Assembly: GCF_988243305.1 (NCBI RefSeq)
Contig: NZ_OZ547136.1
Strand: one strand, 5' to 3'
DNA length: 64,000 nucleotides
Position 1 is the first letter of the stretch. Every line of letters begins with the position of its first letter. The notes below the pieces were generated by a model, which saw only the letters and a list, made by a program, of their open reading frames with translations, did no database searches and was not told where the DNA came from. The position numbers were made by a program, and so were the translations under genes. Of the stretch, positions 61,718 to 64,000 are shown piece after piece.

Positions 61718-64000
61718 ATGAGTGTGATTGCGCAGGCAGGGGCGAAAGGTCGTCAACTGCATAAATTTGGTGGCAGTAGTCTGGCTGATGTGAAGTGTTA
61801 TTTGCGTGTCGCGGGCATTATGGCGGAGTACTCTCAGCCTGACGATATGATGGTGGTTTCCGCCGCCGGTAGCACCACTAACCAGCTGATTAACTGGTTG
61901 AAACTAAGCCAGACCGATCGTCTCTCTGCGCATCAGATTCAACAAACGCTGCGTCGCTATCAGTGCGATCTGATTAGCGGCCTGCTACCCGCCGAAGAAG
62001 CCGATAGCCTCATTAGTGCCTTTATCAGCGATCTTGAGCGCCTGGCGGCGCTGCTCGACAGCGGTATTAACGACGCGGTGTATGCGGAAGTGGTGGGCCA
62101 CGGCGAAGTGTGGTCGGCGCGCCTGATGTCTGCGGTGCTTAATCAACAAGGGCTGTCAGCGGCCTGGCTTGATGCCCGCGAGTTTTTACGCGCTGAACGC
62201 GCTGCGCAACCGCAGGTTGATGAAGGGCTTTCTTACCCGTTGCTGCAACAGCTACTGGTACAACATCCAGGCAAACGTCTGGTGGTGACCGGGTTTATCA
62301 GCCGTAACAACGCCGGTGAAACGGTGCTGCTGGGGCGTAACGGTTCCGACTATTCCGCGACACAAATCGGTGCGCTGGCGGGTGTTTCTCGTGTAACCAT
62401 CTGGAGCGACGTCGCCGGGGTATACAGTGCCGACCCGCGTAAAGTGAAAGATGCCTGTCTGCTGCCATTGCTGCGTCTGGATGAGGCCAGCGAACTGGCG
62501 CGTCTGGCGGCTCCCGTTCTTCACGCCCGTACTTTACAGCCAGTTTCTGGCAGCGAAATCGACCTGCAGCTGCGCTGTAGCTACACGCCGGATCAAGGTT
62601 CCACGCGCATTGAACGCGTGCTGGCCTCCGGTACTGGTGCGCGTATTGTCACCAGCCACGATGATGTCTGTTTGATTGAGTTCCAGGTGCCCGCCAGTCA
62701 GGATTTCAAACTGGCGCATAAAGAGATCGACCAAATCCTGAAACGTGCTCAGGTGCGCCCACTGGCGGTTGGCGTGCATAACGATCGCCAGTTGCTGCAA
62801 TTTTGCTACACCTCAGAAGTCGCTGACAGTGCGCTGAAAATTCTCGACGAAGCGGGATTACCTGGCGAACTGCGCCTGCGTCAGGGGCTGGCGCTGGTGG
62901 CGATGGTTGGGGCGGGCGTAACCCGTAACCCGCTGCATTGCCACCGCTTCTGGCAGCAACTGAAAGGCCAGCCGGTCGAATTTACCTGGCAGTCGGATGA
63001 CGGCATCAGCCTGGTGGCAGTACTGCGCACCGGACCGACCGAAAGCCTGATTCAGGGGCTGCATCAGTCCGTCTTCCGCGCAGAAAAACGCATCGGCCTG
63101 GTATTGTTCGGCAAGGGCAATATCGGTTCCCGCTGGCTGGAACTGTTCGCCCGTGAGCAGAGCACGCTCTCGGCGCGTACCGGCTTTGAATTTGTGCTGG
63201 CAGGCGTGGTGGACAGCCGCCGCAGTCTGTTGAGTTATGACGGGCTGGACGCCAGCCGCGCGTTAGCCTTCTTCAACGATGAAGCGGTCGAGCAGGATGA
63301 AGAGTCGCTGTTCCTGTGGATGCGCGCCCATCCGTATGATGATTTAGTGGTGTTGGACGTTACCGCTAGCCAGCAGCTTGCTGACCAGTATCTCGATTTT
63401 GCCAGCCACGGTTTCCACGTCATCAGCGCCAACAAACTGGCGGGAGCCAGCGACAGCAATAAATATCGCCAGATCCACGACGCCTTCGAAAAAACCGGGC
63501 GTCACTGGCTGTACAACGCCACCGTCGGTGCGGGCTTGCCGATCAACCATACCGTGCGCGATCTGATCGACAGCGGCGATACTATTTTGTCGATCAGTGG
63601 GATCTTCTCCGGCACGCTCTCCTGGCTGTTCCTGCAATTCGACGGTAGCGTGCCGTTTACCGAGCTGGTGGATCAGGCGTGGCAGCAGGGCTTAACCGAG
63701 CCTGATCCGCGTGATGACCTTTCCGGCAAAGACGTGATGCGCAAGCTGGTGATTCTGGCGCGTGAAGCGGGTTACGACATCGAACCAGATCAGGTGCGCG
63801 TGGAATCGCTGGTGCCTGCCCATTGCGAAGGCGGTAGCATCGACCATTTCTTTGAAAACGGCGATGAACTTAACGAGCAGATGGTGCAACGACTGGAAGC
63901 GGCCCGCGAAATGGGGCTGGTGCTGCGCTATGTGGCGCGTTTCGATGCCAATGGCAAAGCGCGTGTGGGCGTGGAAGCGGTGCGTGAAGACCATCCGCTG
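61718..64000 (+). CDS. metL: bifunctional aspartokinase II/homoserine dehydrogenase II, N-terminal ~760 codons (3' end outside window)
   Basis: ATG 61718 lies 2 nt after the metB stop. The frame stays open to the window end, which explains its absence from a stop-delimited ORF track. It begins MSVIAQAGAKGRQLHKFGGSSLADVKCY. Confidence 0.93.
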   Translation, partial: MSVIAQAGAKGRQLHKFGGSSLADVKCYLRVAGIMAEYSQPDDMMVVSAAGSTTNQLINWLKLSQTDRLSAHQIQQTLRRYQCDLISGLLPAEEADSLISAFISDLERLAALLDSGINDAVYAEVVGHGEVWSARLMSAVLNQQGLSAAWLDAREFLRAERAAQPQVDEGLSYPLLQQLLVQHPGKRLVVTGFISRNNAGETVLLGRNGSDYSATQIGALAGVSRVTIWSDVAGVYSADPRKVKDACLLPLLRLDEASELARLAAPVLHARTLQPVSGSEIDLQLRCSYTPDQGSTRIERVLASGTGARIVTSHDDVCLIEFQVPASQDFKLAHKEIDQILKRAQVRPLAVGVHNDRQLLQFCYTSEVADSALKILDEAGLPGELRLRQGLALVAMVGAGVTRNPLHCHRFWQQLKGQPVEFTWQSDDGISLVAVLRTGPTESLIQGLHQSVFRAEKRIGLVLFGKGNIGSRWLELFAREQSTLSARTGFEFVLAGVVDSRRSLLSYDGLDASRALAFFNDEAVEQDEESLFLWMRAHPYDDLVVLDVTASQQLADQYLDFASHGFHVISANKLAGASDSNKYRQIHDAFEKTGRHWLYNATVGAGLPINHTVRDLIDSGDTILSISGIFSGTLSWLFLQFDGSVPFTELVDQAWQQGLTEPDPRDDLSGKDVMRKLVILAREAGYDIEPDQVRVESLVPAHCEGGSIDHFFENGDELNEQMVQRLEAAREMGLVLRYVARFDANGKARVGVEAVREDHPL

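Overview
This is an Escherichia coli-type chromosome segment. All similarity statements come from reading the sequence and recollection; no searches were run. The backbone order is kdgT'(3' end)-yiiM-cpxA-cpxR/cpxP ... fieF-pfkA-sbp-cdh-tpiA-yiiQ-yiiR-yiiS-uspD-fpr-glpX-glpK-glpF-zapB-rraA-menA-hslU-hslV-ftsN-cytR-priA-rpmE-yiiX-metJ/metB-metL'(5' part). Three mobile elements interrupt it. (1) An IS110-family element that matches my recollection of IS621 lies at 1198-2476. Its 177-nt non-coding left end (2286-2462, minus strand) encodes the structured bridge/guide RNA that specifies both target and donor DNA for the recombinase. (2) A 1432-bp IS3-family element, IS1397-like, lies at 2497-3928. 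It sits in the loop of the same REP palindrome whose arm IS621 hit, 20 bp away. (3) An apparently complete ~31.6-kb P2-like prophage (about 6794-38351) is integrated in the cpxP terminator/CpxQ sRNA and is flanked by a perfect 47-bp direct repeat. The prophage has the full P2 gene order: int-C-cox-B-orf80..83-A, cos, then Q P | O N M L X Y K lysABC R S V W J I H G ... FI FII E E' T U D ogr. It carries two accessory islands. The first is a visibly AT-rich cargo locus between gene A and cos (12685-16236), at the P2 tin/old position, a known anti-phage hotspot. It holds an ImmA/IrrE-type HEXXH peptidase plus a 2-TM protein, a convergent 313-aa protein with a HEPN-like RNxxxH motif, and an ORF-poor 1.1-kb stretch with a 37-codon hydrophobic mini-ORF and a 14-nt repeat suggestive of a type I toxin-antitoxin. 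The second is a Cin/Gin/Pin-type invertible tail-fibre cassette with its serine invertase, at the P2 Z/fun position (28979-31578). The best candidates for a novel or recently described system are the IS621 bridge RNA and the A-cos cargo locus. No CRISPR array, tRNA or rRNA was seen.
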